DNA of 64,000 bases from an uncultured bacterium (GCA_963843795.1 CAWJLW010000006.1:3112375-3176374), one strand, 5' to 3'; shown: positions 35,761-47,267, counted from the stretch's first letter. Numbers and translations are program-made. The notes: generated from the letters alone by a model not told the origin.

Positions 35761-35810
35761 AGAGAAAAGAAAGTGCGCTGCAAGTACTTGCAGCGCACTT
35801 TCTTTTCTCT
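35761..35810. repeat. 50-bp perfect palindrome between aceF and lpdA
   Basis: agagaaaagaaagtgcgc-core-gcgcactttcttttctct. Confidence 0.92.
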
Positions 35811-35823
35811 TTCTCTTGAAATT

Positions 35824-37236
35824 ATGAATAAAACGCAATTACTAGTGATTGGCGGCGGGCCAGGCGGTTACGCGGCGGCTTTTTTGGCTGCCGACTTGGG
35901 CATGGAAGTGACGCTTGTCGATTTGGAAAAAAATCCTGGCGGCGTGTGTTTGTATCGCGGCTGCATTCCGTCCAAAGCGCTTTTGCATGGCGCGAAAATT
36001 CTTAACGAAAGCCGTGAAGCCGCCGAAATTGGACTGACTTTTGGCGAGCCGCAAATTGATTTGGATAAATTCCGCAACTGGAAAAACAGCGTCGTTACCA
36101 AACTGACGCAGGGCACCGGTTTTCTGGCCAAAAAGCGCAATATCAATTACATCCAAGGCCGCGCCAAATTTCTCAACGCAACCAGCGTTGAAATCGAGCG
36201 CATTGACGGTCAAGCCGATGGCAGCAAAGAAACGCTGGAATTCGAACACGCTATTTTAGCGACCGGTTCGCGTCCGGCTGTGATCAAAGCATTCGATATT
36301 GGCAGCCCGCGCGTTTTAGATTCGACAACGGCTTTGGATTTGGAATCAATTCCTGAAACCATGTTGGTCGTCGGCGGCGGGTATATTGGTCTGGAATTGG
36401 GTTCGGCGTATGCGGCTTTGGGCAGCAAAGTTTCCGTCGTCGAAATGACGGCGGGATTGTTGCCAGGCGCGGATCGCGACTTGGTGAACGTGCTGCATAA
36501 GCGTTTGGAAAAGCAGTTTGAGAAAATCATGCTGGAAACCAAAGTGCTGGAAATGAAAGAAGTTTCCGACGGCATTGCGGTTTCGTTTGAAGCCGAAGGC
36601 AAAACCCAAACGCAGACGTTCGATAAAGTTCTCGTCGCCGTTGGTCGCACGCCCAATTCTCGCGACATTGGTTTGGAAAACACCAAAATCGAAACCGACA
36701 AGCGCGGTTTCGTTGGCATCAACGCGCAACGCCAGACTGTCGAACCAACGATTTACGCGATTGGCGACATCGCGGGCGAGCCGATGCTGGCGCACAAAGC
36801 CAGCCACGAAGGTCGCATGGCAGTCGAAGCGATTGCGGGTCACAAAGTCGGCTGGGAGCCGAACGCGATTCCTGCCGTGATTTTCACCGACCCCGAAATC
36901 GCGTGGGCCGGAATGACCGAAATCGAAGCCAAACGCGATGGCATCGAAGTGAAAGTCGCCAAATTTCCGTGGGCCGCTTCGGGCCGCGCCCTCACTTTAG
37001 ATCGCACCGAAGGCTTTACCAAACTGCTCATCGACCCTGAAACCGAGCGCGTTTTGGGGGTCGGCATCGTCGGGCCGGGCGCGGGCGAAATGATTGCTGA
37101 AGGCACGCTAGCGATTGAAATGGCAGCCAGCGCGCGCGATGTGGCCCTGACAATTCACTCGCATCCCACACTCGGTGAAACCGTGATGGAAGCCGCCGAA
37201 GTGTTCTTCGGACAAAGCACTCATGTGAAGAAATAA
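35824..37236 (+). CDS. lpdA: Dihydrolipoyl dehydrogenase E3
   Basis: GGGPGGY, GGVCLYRGCIPSK, HSHPTLGE. Confidence 0.96.
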   Translation: MNKTQLLVIGGGPGGYAAAFLAADLGMEVTLVDLEKNPGGVCLYRGCIPSKALLHGAKILNESREAAEIGLTFGEPQIDLDKFRNWKNSVVTKLTQGTGFLAKKRNINYIQGRAKFLNATSVEIERIDGQADGSKETLEFEHAILATGSRPAVIKAFDIGSPRVLDSTTALDLESIPETMLVVGGGYIGLELGSAYAALGSKVSVVEMTAGLLPGADRDLVNVLHKRLEKQFEKIMLETKVLEMKEVSDGIAVSFEAEGKTQTQTFDKVLVAVGRTPNSRDIGLENTKIETDKRGFVGINAQRQTVEPTIYAIGDIAGEPMLAHKASHEGRMAVEAIAGHKVGWEPNAIPAVIFTDPEIAWAGMTEIEAKRDGIEVKVAKFPWAASGRALTLDRTEGFTKLLIDPETERVLGVGIVGPGAGEMIAEGTLAIEMAASARDVALTIHSHPTLGETVMEAAEVFFGQSTHVKK

Positions 37237-37278
37237 GCGATAAACCATACTGCAGGTACTTGCAGTGCGCTGTGAATA

Positions 37279-37312
37279 AAAATCCCGCTGCAAGTACTTG
37301 CAGCGGGATTTT
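37279..37312. terminator. 34-bp perfect palindrome; bidirectional terminator
   Basis: aaaatcccgc-core-gcgggatttt between convergent genes. Confidence 0.72.
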
Positions 37313-37356
37313 AGCGTTTATAAAAACTGTTACCAAAATTTTGAGCGCAGAAGTTT

Positions 37357-40300
37357 TCAGGGCGCTGACACCACCCACAATTCAAAAGCGCGCTTTAAAA
37401 TTGGATTGACGCGCAGGCGGACTTGAGTGCCGGGCTTGACGAAAACGGTGTCCGGCCCCGAAGTGCGAAATAGCGCGTCGCCGCTGGGCAGATGCAGAGG
37501 TGCCAGCAGATCGATGCTGTAGCGCTGCGGATGGCCTTGCAATTCGATGAAAGGCATAGCAAATGGCGTTAGAGTACCGTAAGCCGATACTTTGCCTTCG
37601 ATTTCGTCGTACTGCGCGCTGATTTGCAGCGGCACGCCGTTTTCGCCACCGCGAATTTCGAGCTGATCACCGAAGCGAAAATCGGCTTTGGTTGCCGTTG
37701 TCGGCGCTTCACCGCTGCGACCGCGCTTCAGAATTGTATCCGGTGCCAGCGGCACTGTGCGCCGGTTGCTGCCATCGTCGGGATACAAAATCAGCGCGGG
37801 ATTTTTGTCGCCGGTGACGCTGCGAAATACGCCTTGCAACATGGCGTTTGGCGGCGCGGGGGCAACGGGAACTTCAATTGTCCAGCGCAATTGCCCGCGC
37901 CGGTCGCTGCGCAAGGTAGGCGAATTCGTTTTCACATTGCGCCTGACATTCTGCAAACTCCATTCATCGGCGCTCAACTGCGTGGCGATAAACGTGCTGT
38001 TGGGCTTCAAAGCGCTAGCAAGTAACTTGCACGCTACGTCCTTCTGCAGCGCGCAATTGCAAGCGTATGCTTTGCGGCGTGCATTGCAAAAGCCGACACG
38101 ATACGCCTTCATCCGGTGAATGGGTGTTTCCATTGGAAGTGACTTCGAGTTGCAGCGGATAAGGGCCGAGCGGGCCTTTTCCAGCAATCCAGAATTCGGC
38201 GGGCAAATGCAGACTCAAACCCTGATTAGCCAAATGATAAGCCGCCGCGTATTCTCCGCGCTCGAAACGGGCGCGCGCTTGTTGTAACAGTGCAGCAGAC
38301 GGTGCAGATTGGTCTGCGGCAAGCGTTTGTGTAAGCTGCACGAGCGCATCTTCAGCGTCGCTCCGCCACGAAACCAACAGGTTTTGCGCGCGTACGGTTT
38401 CGAGCGCGTTGTCTTGCGCGGGCAAATTGGCAGTGAGCGCAGCGGGCCAGCCAGTGCTGAAACGGACGTGGTACAGCGAACTCCAAGACCGTACAGTTTC
38501 GGGAATGCCGGGCGCGTGTAACTCGATGCGCACCCACAGTGCCTTCTGGCCCCGCGCGATTTCGCTTAAATCCATGCGCTGCACGGCGTTCATATCACCG
38601 AAATTGAAAACGCGACCGATTTCGCGCATTGTGGCCACATCGGGCGAGCTTCCAGCCAGCACGCGAATCTGTACCGATTCGTCCTGTTTCTGCCACACGA
38701 AAGCGCGTCCTGCGAACTCCAAGAACAAGGCGTCGAAAGCCTGTTTTGCAGTTTTAGACGTGGGCGCTTCGACACGATAAAGCAAAAAGCCGGGCTGCTT
38801 GGTCGAAGCGGGATTAACGACTTCGACGGCGTTAATCAAGCCCGCTTCTAGCCCTTCCCACGCCGCGACCTGTTTTTTCCATTCTTCGCTGCGAAAATTG
38901 TTCTCGCGCAGAGTCGGCAGATAAAGATGTGGGACGAAAGTTTGCGCGGGACGTAATTTTTCGGTCAACACGTCCATTTTGTCGAGTGGATAATTGTAGG
39001 GCGTGTAAAAGCGCTGTCCGAGGGCGTAGCCGGGCAGCACGCCCGCGTTTTCTTCAGCTTTGTTACCGGTTTCGGCGTTGACTGCAGCGTTACGGCCCAG
39101 CGCGATCATGTGCTGCAAAACTCCATTCTCGCGCAGCGAATCGCCGTTCCATTCGCCACCGATACGGGCGCCCGCGGGTGCGGCACTTTCCCATAGCGGA
39201 AAAACACTGCTCTGCATCGGATACTGATTATCGCCATCGGCGATCCACGCCTGCGTATATACGTTGTGACGCAGCAAGTCTTGCGGCGTTTGCGCGCCTT
39301 GGGGCGCAACCAGTGTGGCATCGTTGCCCAGCGCCGCGCTCACGGTTTGCGCGATCAGGCGTTGATAGGCCAGCATATTGCGTTGAAGCCAGTGGCGTTC
39401 AGTCAGGCTCAAACCATCGCGCGGATCGAGCGACACGCCATCTTTTTTCGCCGCAGCCACGGTTTGCGCGCTGAAGTCGGCCCACAGCAAATCCGAGCCA
39501 AGACCTGCCGCGCCACTGGCCCAATACACCGGCTCGTTGTCCAGGCTCAGCGCCAGCAAAAGTGGAACGGAATCTCGTGCACGCAGTGCGGCGAGGCGGT
39601 GCGCCAGATATTGCACGGTTTCACGCAGACGCCGGGCCTTGAAAGCATTAAGGTCGGCGTTGTCGAGCGAAAGCCACGGCACGCTCGACCAACGATTGGG
39701 AATCGAAAGCTGATAACGCTTTTGCGTGGCGTTGTAAACGACCTGCTGATAATCCAAATCCGACCAGAAGCCGCCCTTCCCGTCCAGCCCGCCCGGCGTG
39801 CTGGCCCACCAGGTATCCAAAGCCAACTGTACCGGCAGCCCGCTTTTTTGCGCGAGCAGCAAAGCGTGGTCAATAAGGCGCTCGGCATCGACCGCGCTCA
39901 TCGACGCGTAAGGAATCCACGTTCCCCACGCAGCGCGCGCGCGCGCGCTTTCACCCAGCGAAGTTTTGATCGAATTCAAGCGCGCCAAATCGCCCTCAAC
40001 ATCATCGACGTTCAATCGCAGCATCGGCGAAAGATAATACGGCACGTCCATTTCCGCCGCGCCAAAGTACTTGTTGAAAGCGGCGAAGCTCCACAAGCGG
40101 CTGATGGAAAACGGCGTCGCGCTCGCATTAAGGAATTTCACCGTGACTCGATTGCGTCCGGTTGGCGGGAACTGCACAAAAAAGTGCAGTGGCCCCGCAC
40201 CGTTGCTTTGCCATGTGCGCAGATAGGTTTTGCGATTGTCGATCAAAACCGTGTAGCCACGCACATCGCGGTCGCGCCCGTTGCGCTCTTCAATTTCCAG

Positions 40301-40627
40301 CGTCGTTGTTGCTGCAGGATCGACACGCAGTTGAAACGACAACCACGAACCTTCGCCGCGCACTGTGCGCGACAAGTGGCGCGTATCGTGATCGCCGACC
40401 AGTGCTCCCACAATTTCGCGCTTCACATCGCCACTTGAAGCGAAAGCGTGCGCTCTTTCATTTTTCGCGTCCGCAATGTCGATGCTGTCTATCAAACCAA
40501 CACCCGCTGCGTTTTGTGCGCGCAGCGGTGACAAGCCAGCCAGAGCGCAACACACAAATAGAATCGTAATGAAATGCGCTGCAAGTACTTGCAGCGCGTG
40601 AGGCGAAGAAAAGCGATGAATATTCAT
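37357..40627 (-). CDS. Large secreted putative glycoside-hydrolase-like protein, +1 indel near 38024
   Basis: Signal peptide ending LRA/Q; LSLDNEP resembles the clan GH-A acid/base motif; the two ORFs join as VQVLASALKP if one A is removed. Confidence 0.6.
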
Positions 40628-40775
40628 AAGCACGAGAAATTTTTGGTTCAGCGCGGTCGAAGATGAAAGGTGTGGTTGAAAGTTTTGTCCGGCGTCAACT
40701 TCAAACTCCAGCACGCGCCCGTAACCGCTGCGTTCTGGGACGCTCAGTCGCGCTGCTCGCGCTTTGCAAAAACTC

Positions 40776-40821
40776 TTGACGCGCCTTGCACAATAGGTTA
40801 TCTTTTCCTGCACCGGTGCAG
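40776..40821 (+). promoter_or_regulatory. Sigma-70 promoter with a LacI-type operator
   Basis: TTGACG-17 nt-TATCTT, then CG-centred palindrome CTGCACCGGTGCAG at 40808-40821. Confidence 0.55.
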
Positions 40822-40910
40822 CAATATTTGTATCATAAGTTAAAGGTAGTTGGCAACGTCGAATTTTCACACCGAATTTGAGTTCGATTCGAAGTGGCGC
40901 ACTAAAAGCT

Positions 40911-42002
40911 ATGAAAGCGAGTTCTGAAATTTTGAATGGACGCCACGAGATTCAATCTCAAAGGGCCGATGGGAACGGCGCGAAGCTACGACGCACCACG
41001 GTCGAGGATGTGGCGCGAGCGGCGGGCGTGTCCAAGACCACAGCGGCTTCCGTTCTGCGCTCGGCGCCCAATTTTCAGGTCAGTGAATCCACGCGACTGC
41101 GGGTGTTAACTGCAGCGCAAACGCTGGATTATCGTCGTCACGCAGTGGCGGTGGCTTTATCTTCGGGGCGCACCAATACGGTGGGCTTACTTTTGCCCCT
41201 GGCAGCGGTTGAAGCGCGCTTACCGACTTCGCGCATTTACGGTCAGGACATTTTTGTGGCGGTTTTTCAGGCAGCCAGTCGGGCCGGTTTGCGGGTGACT
41301 GCGATGCCCATGCCACATCATGAGGCGCAACAGGAAACGCTGCAATGGCAGGATTTCGCTGATCGCTCGGTCGATGGGATTGTGATGGCTTCGGTACAAG
41401 ACGCTCAATTTGTCGAAGCCGCGTATGCAACGAAAATTCCCTGTGTAGAAATTGGCTCTGGTCACGGTCGGCATCTCATTCATCCTGATAACGAAGGTGG
41501 CATGGAAAGCGGCGTCGCTTATTTAGTGGGACTTGGTCATCGTCGCATCGCCTATTGGCGTGGCGAGGGTGAAAACTATGCGGCGCTGAAGCGGCATCGC
41601 GGCTTTGTCAACGCGGCCACTCGACACGCTTTACCGGCCTCAAGTACTTGGATTACCAAAGACGAAACTGAAATTTTCTTCTGGCTCAACTTGCCACGCC
41701 ATCAGCGTCCGACAGCAGTGATGGCTTACAACGATTTTCAAGCGTGCCTGGTTCTGGACATGGCACGCACCATCGGTTTGCAAGTGCCCGACGAGTTGTC
41801 CGTCGTCGGCTTCGACGACAACATTCTGGCCGAGTCGGCGCGTCCGCAACTCACAACGATGCGCAATCCGCTTTCCACGCAGGCCGAAGCCGCCATCGCG
41901 CTGCTGCAAACCTTGTGGCGCGGTGACGAACCTCCGTTGCCCACTTCGGTGGCCACTCAATTGATCGTGCGTGGCTCCACCGCCGCGCCGCCTATCGACT
42001 AA
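40911..42002 (+). CDS. LacI family transcriptional regulator
   Basis: [41 protein letters not shown]. Confidence 0.93.
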   Translation: MKASSEILNGRHEIQSQRADGNGAKLRRTTVEDVARAAGVSKTTAASVLRSAPNFQVSESTRLRVLTAAQTLDYRRHAVAVALSSGRTNTVGLLLPLAAVEARLPTSRIYGQDIFVAVFQAASRAGLRVTAMPMPHHEAQQETLQWQDFADRSVDGIVMASVQDAQFVEAAYATKIPCVEIGSGHGRHLIHPDNEGGMESGVAYLVGLGHRRIAYWRGEGENYAALKRHRGFVNAATRHALPASSTWITKDETEIFFWLNLPRHQRPTAVMAYNDFQACLVLDMARTIGLQVPDELSVVGFDDNILAESARPQLTTMRNPLSTQAEAAIALLQTLWRGDEPPLPTSVATQLIVRGSTAAPPID

Positions 42003-42063
42003 TTCTCGTCTCGCGTTCATGCCTTGCTATTTAATGCTTTGCTATTTTCAGGAGAGTTTTCTT

Positions 42064-42916
42064 ATGAAGTCCGTTTCATTCCGCTCGCACGCCCCGTCGC
42101 TTATGTCTCACACGACTCCATCATTGCGTCGTCATACGCGTGGTTTCACTTTGATTGAATTGCTGGTCGTGATAGCGATAATAGCGATTCTAGCGGCCAT
42201 TCTGTTTCCTGTTTTTGCGCGCGCCCGCGAAAACGCCCGTAAAATTTCTTGTGGTAGCAATCTCCGACAAGTGAGCTTGGGTTGGCTACAATACGCTCAG
42301 GACTATGATGAAAGAGTAATTCCGTGGAGTTCAACCGGCGCTTCAAGCGGTTACGCTTTTGTGTGGCAGGAGATTATCCAACCCTATATCAAAAGCAAAC
42401 AGATTTTGCGCTGTCCCAGCGTATCGTCTTCGACTTCGACTTACACCTACAGCGCTTTCATCGGCGGCGCCAATCCCGCACCGCCCAATCGTTCGTTGGC
42501 CAGTTTAGAAAATCCTGCGCTGTCGCCTATTTTGATCGACGGTCGCGGCTTTCCCAACGAAAAAGCAGCCACGGAAACCACCGAGGGTTGGACCTATAGC
42601 TTCGTGATTCCCGATGGTTATGGTGGCCATCAGGGTCGAGGCTGCAAATATCTTAATTTTGTCGAACGGAATGCAGACCGGCGAGAAAACCTGGTGGGCC
42701 AGCGTGGCACGCGCGCGCGCTGGAGACGTGCACGCTGGCTTACACATGGAAGGTGCCAACTATGCTTTTGCCGATGGCCATGTGAAGTGGCTGCGCAGCA
42801 TCAATGATGGAGGCGAATATCCTGCGCCTGCCCGCAAAGGTTTGGATTACGACAGTGATGGCATCGTGGGCGACGATCCTAACGCCAACCCGCCAACAAC
42901 CGGCAGATATAGTTGA
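42064..42916 (+). CDS. DUF1559 / prepilin-type N-terminal methylation and H-X9-DG protein, +1 indel near 42657-42660
   Basis: [46 protein letters not shown] lies in the next frame. Confidence 0.85.
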
Positions 42917-42935
42917 ATTTCGGCCACACGGATGC

Positions 42936-42971
42936 AAAAATCCCGCTGCAAGTACTTGCAGCGGGATTTTT
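42936..42971. terminator. 36-bp perfect palindrome; bidirectional terminator
   Basis: aaaaatcccgc-core-gcgggattttt, same arms as the copy at 37279. Confidence 0.72.
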
Positions 42972-43054
42972 CCTGCGCCGTTGAATTCACTGCTCATCGC
43001 GCGACTCCACCCGAATTTTCAGCACAACGCGCTGCAAGTACTTGCAGCGTAACT

Positions 43055-44035
43055 TCAAGCCTGTGCAACAAATTCGTCGTGAAACTGCGTCAATGTCGCG
43101 CCCTGAAAACGCTGGGCGATGCGCGCAAAAAGCGCTTCTAAATCTTCATACAATTTATCAATCGCGCGTTCATCGCTAAAGTTCGGACTTCCGCCGGGCA
43201 TGAATTCCGACGAATGCAACATCCATTCGAGATAAGGCCAACTCTCGCGTTCGGCGCGCTCGACAATGGAAACCATTTGCGCCAAATTGTTGCCGGTCGG
43301 ACGCAGCCATTGCGGTTCGATATTCAACAATTTATTAGCAACACGACGCGGCAAGCCACCTGACGTTAATTTACGAGCAGTCGATGAAAGCACGGATTCG
43401 TTTTGCACAATCGTCATTGGCACTTCCAATAAGGGCGAATTTCCGGCTTTATCAATGTTTTCCAAATCCAGAAAATAAGCGCGCTGAGGAAAATTGGAGA
43501 AATCGGTGCCGCCATTTTGCGCGGGATCGCCCCGATTATCGCGCCATGAAACGTGCGGCGTCACCGAACAATCGACGACATAACCCTGCTCGACCAAAAA
43601 TTTTGCGTAATGAGAATTGAAACTCCAACGTCCGGCGCGATGGCTGCGCATTTTCACTCCAAAGGTTTCTTGCAGCAAATCGGTCATGAAAGCGATTTTA
43701 TCGCGCATGATATGTGGCGGATATTCGATTAAGAAAGGGGTGTAACGGTAGTCGTCGGGCGTGAGCGAGAATTCGGGCGGTGAATGCCAGGCGTGTAGGT
43801 GCATTCCAATTTCTCCGGTTTCGCGCTGCAAAACCTCGCGCGCGAAAGAACGATAATCTTCGCACCGAGCCATTTCGTAGTTAGTGAGATAAGTCGGCAA
43901 AAAATTGAATTTTTCGCACAAAGTTTGGAATCGCGGCAGAAATTGGGCGTTGCGTGTGGTAATTTCGCGCGGCAGAGCCCATAAATTATCGCCTTCGGTG
44001 TCGATGGTAATTAGGAAACGTGGCGTCGTATTCAT
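43055..44035 (-). CDS. Polysaccharide deacetylase family protein (WalW-like)
   Basis: ITIDTEGD, GMHLHAW, SHRAGRW, HSSE. Confidence 0.82.
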   Translation of the reverse strand: MNTTPRFLITIDTEGDNLWALPREITTRNAQFLPRFQTLCEKFNFLPTYLTNYEMARCEDYRSFAREVLQRETGEIGMHLHAWHSPPEFSLTPDDYRYTPFLIEYPPHIMRDKIAFMTDLLQETFGVKMRSHRAGRWSFNSHYAKFLVEQGYVVDCSVTPHVSWRDNRGDPAQNGGTDFSNFPQRAYFLDLENIDKAGNSPLLEVPMTIVQNESVLSSTARKLTSGGLPRRVANKLLNIEPQWLRPTGNNLAQMVSIVERAERESWPYLEWMLHSSEFMPGGSPNFSDERAIDKLYEDLEALFARIAQRFQGATLTQFHDEFVAQA

Positions 44036-44046
44036 TTTGAGATGAC

Positions 44047-45090
44047 TTAAAAGCGATACGACAAATCGGCGGCGAGGAAATTTAATCCATTCAGTTCCAC
44101 GATGCTCTGGCTGGAATTAGCATTGTGCGAAGCGTAAAGTGCGCGATGGCCGCGCGTTTGTCGGAAACCCAGATGTTGCAGCGCAGCTTTGAGTGCATTG
44201 TCGCCGCGCGACACCACGAGCGACAACAGCGCGCCGCCTTCTCGATAAACGTGTTCGGTCGCGGCCAGCAGCACGCTTTCCAGCGCGTGTTGGTATTCGC
44301 CGCTCGAACCGGGCCGCGCCCACGCGGCCGCACGCCATGACAAAACCGAATCTTGATGACGCCACAGCAAAGCACCCGCGCGCAGGCCGCGCCGGTCGGA
44401 AAGCGTTACAGTAGCACTGCTGAGAATCGGGCAGCGACCGATTTGCCATTGCAAAAACGGCAAATCATATAAGGCAAAGTAGCCCTCACCAGGACAGTTG
44501 TCCAAAAGTGGCGCTAATTTTTCAGACACGCCGATTTCAATCTCAGCATTTCGCCATGCGCGCTGCCGACGTTCGCGGAAACGCGGTAGCGGAAGCGATT
44601 TCAAAGGTGTGCGAGAGAGAATTTTCAAGGGCGCAACGCGATTTTGTGCCGATTTCAATAAAGGATCGAGACGCAAAAGCAAGCGATATTCGCTCGTCGC
44701 GTCGTCCAAACGTCCGGCAAATAAGCGTTCCAAAAGTGGAATCGAGACATTGTTGCCGCCCAAAATAACGCCGTGTTCGATGGATTGGTCGATGGATTTG
44801 GCGACTCGCACGCCAATACCGGGCTTATTCACCGGATCAATCGACGACCAATCGAGCATCCAATGCGCGGGCCAGCGTTCCTGTCCGCGACCAAGCGTGA
44901 AGGGAATCAAACCGGCCATGCCTTGAATTTCCTCATCGCGCACATAGCAATGAGCGCGCGCGCGACCACGATTGAATTCGTGGTCAAAGTATTTCCATTC
45001 GGTGATCTGTGGATCGTTGCCCAGTTGCAGCAAATACTGACGTAAAAGTTGGTCGGAGATTTGGTCGGATGAAACGAAAGTTGAACTCAT
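44047..45090 (-). CDS. Hypothetical GNAT-like protein
   Basis: EWKYF...GMAGLIP...HWMLDW pattern; adjacent to the deacetylase gene. Confidence 0.5.
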   Translation of the reverse strand: MSSTFVSSDQISDQLLRQYLLQLGNDPQITEWKYFDHEFNRGRARAHCYVRDEEIQGMAGLIPFTLGRGQERWPAHWMLDWSSIDPVNKPGIGVRVAKSIDQSIEHGVILGGNNVSIPLLERLFAGRLDDATSEYRLLLRLDPLLKSAQNRVAPLKILSRTPLKSLPLPRFRERRQRAWRNAEIEIGVSEKLAPLLDNCPGEGYFALYDLPFLQWQIGRCPILSSATVTLSDRRGLRAGALLWRHQDSVLSWRAAAWARPGSSGEYQHALESVLLAATEHVYREGGALLSLVVSRGDNALKAALQHLGFRQTRGHRALYASHNANSSQSIVELNGLNFLAADLSYRF

Positions 45091-45235
45091 AGATAATGAA
45101 AGTGCGCGGCAAGTACTTGCCGCTTGTTTAGCTACGTTTTGTGCAAGTTTAGAAAGTCGGGGCGTGGCGCGCGAACTTCGTGGTAAGTATCCTGCAAGTA
45201 CTTGCCGGGAAAACACCAATCACAACGAGCGAATT

Positions 45236-46819
45236 ATGGCGACCAACAAGAGTGTGAAAAACAGCAAAGACACGGTTCCAAATTATGCGGCTGATGCCGA
45301 AGACAAAGCGACCTTAATCGAGTTGGACACGCCGCCCGCACCACAAATAGAAACCGAAACTTTGCTCGAAGACGACGAAATTATCGACGCAGCCGAAGAA
45401 CTCTTGCGCGAAAACGCGCCCCACGATTTCGAAGTTCTCATCATCGGCAGCGGGCCGGGTGGCAGCACGTGCGCCCTGCGCGCCGCGCAACTGGGGCTTA
45501 AAGTTGGCCTAATCGAAAACCGTCAGGTCGGCGGCGTTTGTCTCAATTCCGGTTGCATTCCCACCAAAACGTTATTGGAATCGGTTGAAGTGTTGCGTTT
45601 GCTGCGCCGCGCGCGCGATTATGGCATTGAAACTTCGGGCAGTTTTTCACCCGATTTTCCCCTGATGACGGCGCGGCGCGACGAAGTGGTGCGCACCCTG
45701 CGCGAAAATTTAGAACGTCAATTGCAGGAATACGGCGTGCAAGTACTTGCAGGCAGCGCGCGCTTCGTTTCCGAGCACAAAATCGCGCTCAGCTCGCCCG
45801 ACGGCTCCTCGCGCGAACTGAGCGCGGTGCATATTGTGATCGCGTCCGGTTCGGTTCCTATTCGCCCACCACTTGAAGGCGCCGATTTGCCCGGCGTCAT
45901 TACTTCGGATGAACTGCTGCGCCAAACGCAACTGCCAAGCAGCATGGTGACAGTGGGCGGTGGCGCAGTCGGCGTCGAGTTCGCTTATCTTATGCACGAA
46001 TTAGGCGCACGTTCGACGATTATCGAAGCCGACGCGCAGATTTTGCGCGGCGAAGATGGCGAAGTCGCGCAAGAAATGACGCGCCTGCTGAAAAGTTATG
46101 GCATCAGCGTGCGCACTTCGGCCAAATTGCGAAAAATCGAACGAGACGGCGAAATGTTGCGCTTGCAAGTCGAAAGCGCACAGGGCGCACAATGGCTCGA
46201 ATGCGAACAGGTTTTGCTGGCGACAGGACGGCGCGCCAACACACAGGAATTGGATTTGGATGCGGCGGGTATTGAACACGACAAAGGCAAAATTCTTATT
46301 GATGAGGAAAACGCGACTAATGTGGGCGGCGTATATGCGATTGGCGATTGCGTGCGCGGTGTGGGCTGGGCGCATCAGGCAGCAGGCGAAGGCGCTCGCG
46401 TGGCCGAAATTATCGCCGACCAAAACCCAAACGTGCATTTGGAATTTTTGCCGTCGTGTTATTACACGCATCCTGAAATCGCCAGCGTCGGCTTGACTTT
46501 AGAAATGGCGCAGGAACGCGGAGTAGAAGCGCGAAGCAGTCGTTTCGATTTCCGTTTCAACGGGCGCGCGGCGGCAGCGGGCGAGCACGAAGGTTGGGTG
46601 AAACTGGTTTACGAAATCGGTAGCGAAAAATTGTTGGGCTGCCAGATTATCGGGCCACGCGCGACCGAATTGATTAATGAAGCTGTGATGGCGCTTAATC
46701 ATCATTATTCTCTGGCTCAACTGGTCAACGCTGTTCGCGCGCATCCAACTTTTGCCGAAGCTCTACCCGAAGCTGCATCACAAGCACGCCACGATGTCAG
46801 TGGCGAAGAAGACGCATAA
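45236..46819 (+). CDS. Second dihydrolipoyl dehydrogenase family protein
   Basis: GSGPGG, GGVCLNSGCIPTK, AHPTFAE; acidic N-terminal extension. Confidence 0.88.
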   Translation: MATNKSVKNSKDTVPNYAADAEDKATLIELDTPPAPQIETETLLEDDEIIDAAEELLRENAPHDFEVLIIGSGPGGSTCALRAAQLGLKVGLIENRQVGGVCLNSGCIPTKTLLESVEVLRLLRRARDYGIETSGSFSPDFPLMTARRDEVVRTLRENLERQLQEYGVQVLAGSARFVSEHKIALSSPDGSSRELSAVHIVIASGSVPIRPPLEGADLPGVITSDELLRQTQLPSSMVTVGGGAVGVEFAYLMHELGARSTIIEADAQILRGEDGEVAQEMTRLLKSYGISVRTSAKLRKIERDGEMLRLQVESAQGAQWLECEQVLLATGRRANTQELDLDAAGIEHDKGKILIDEENATNVGGVYAIGDCVRGVGWAHQAAGEGARVAEIIADQNPNVHLEFLPSCYYTHPEIASVGLTLEMAQERGVEARSSRFDFRFNGRAAAAGEHEGWVKLVYEIGSEKLLGCQIIGPRATELINEAVMALNHHYSLAQLVNAVRAHPTFAEALPEAASQARHDVSGEEDA

Positions 46820-46833
46820 CAAAAAGAAAATTT

Positions 46834-47106
46834 ATGAAAATTCGCATTGATTATCAAGATATTCACGAAGAAATCGAAGCCTCGGACGCTGCAGGCGTGC
46901 TAAGCCGCGTCAAGGCCGAAGCCAGCGCACGCGCCCCATGGCTGCTGCGGGGCCCGATTCGCGCCATGGGTGATTTGACTTTCGCGGGCGAAGCGGTCAA
47001 GCGTCACAATCAACAGCATAAAACTCAGTATGCGCTTCCCAGTTCAGCACAAGAATTCCTCGATTGGGCGGTTGAACATGGTTACGTTACAATTGTGGAA
47101 AATTGA
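46834..47106 (+). CDS. Hypothetical protein
   Basis: 90-aa ORF directly after the E3-like gene. Confidence 0.65.
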   Translation: MKIRIDYQDIHEEIEASDAAGVLSRVKAEASARAPWLLRGPIRAMGDLTFAGEAVKRHNQQHKTQYALPSSAQEFLDWAVEHGYVTIVEN

Positions 47107-47267
47107 AAACCAAGACCATAGCCGCAAGTACTTGCAGCGAGCTGTTGTTGCACCCGTTGGCATGGCAGTTGAGCCAATTTTGTGTTAGAAATAAGTCGCA
47201 TCATATTCACGACAAAATTTTAAATTTTGTTCCTGTTTGGGCCAAGCACTAAAGTAGATAGCAAATC

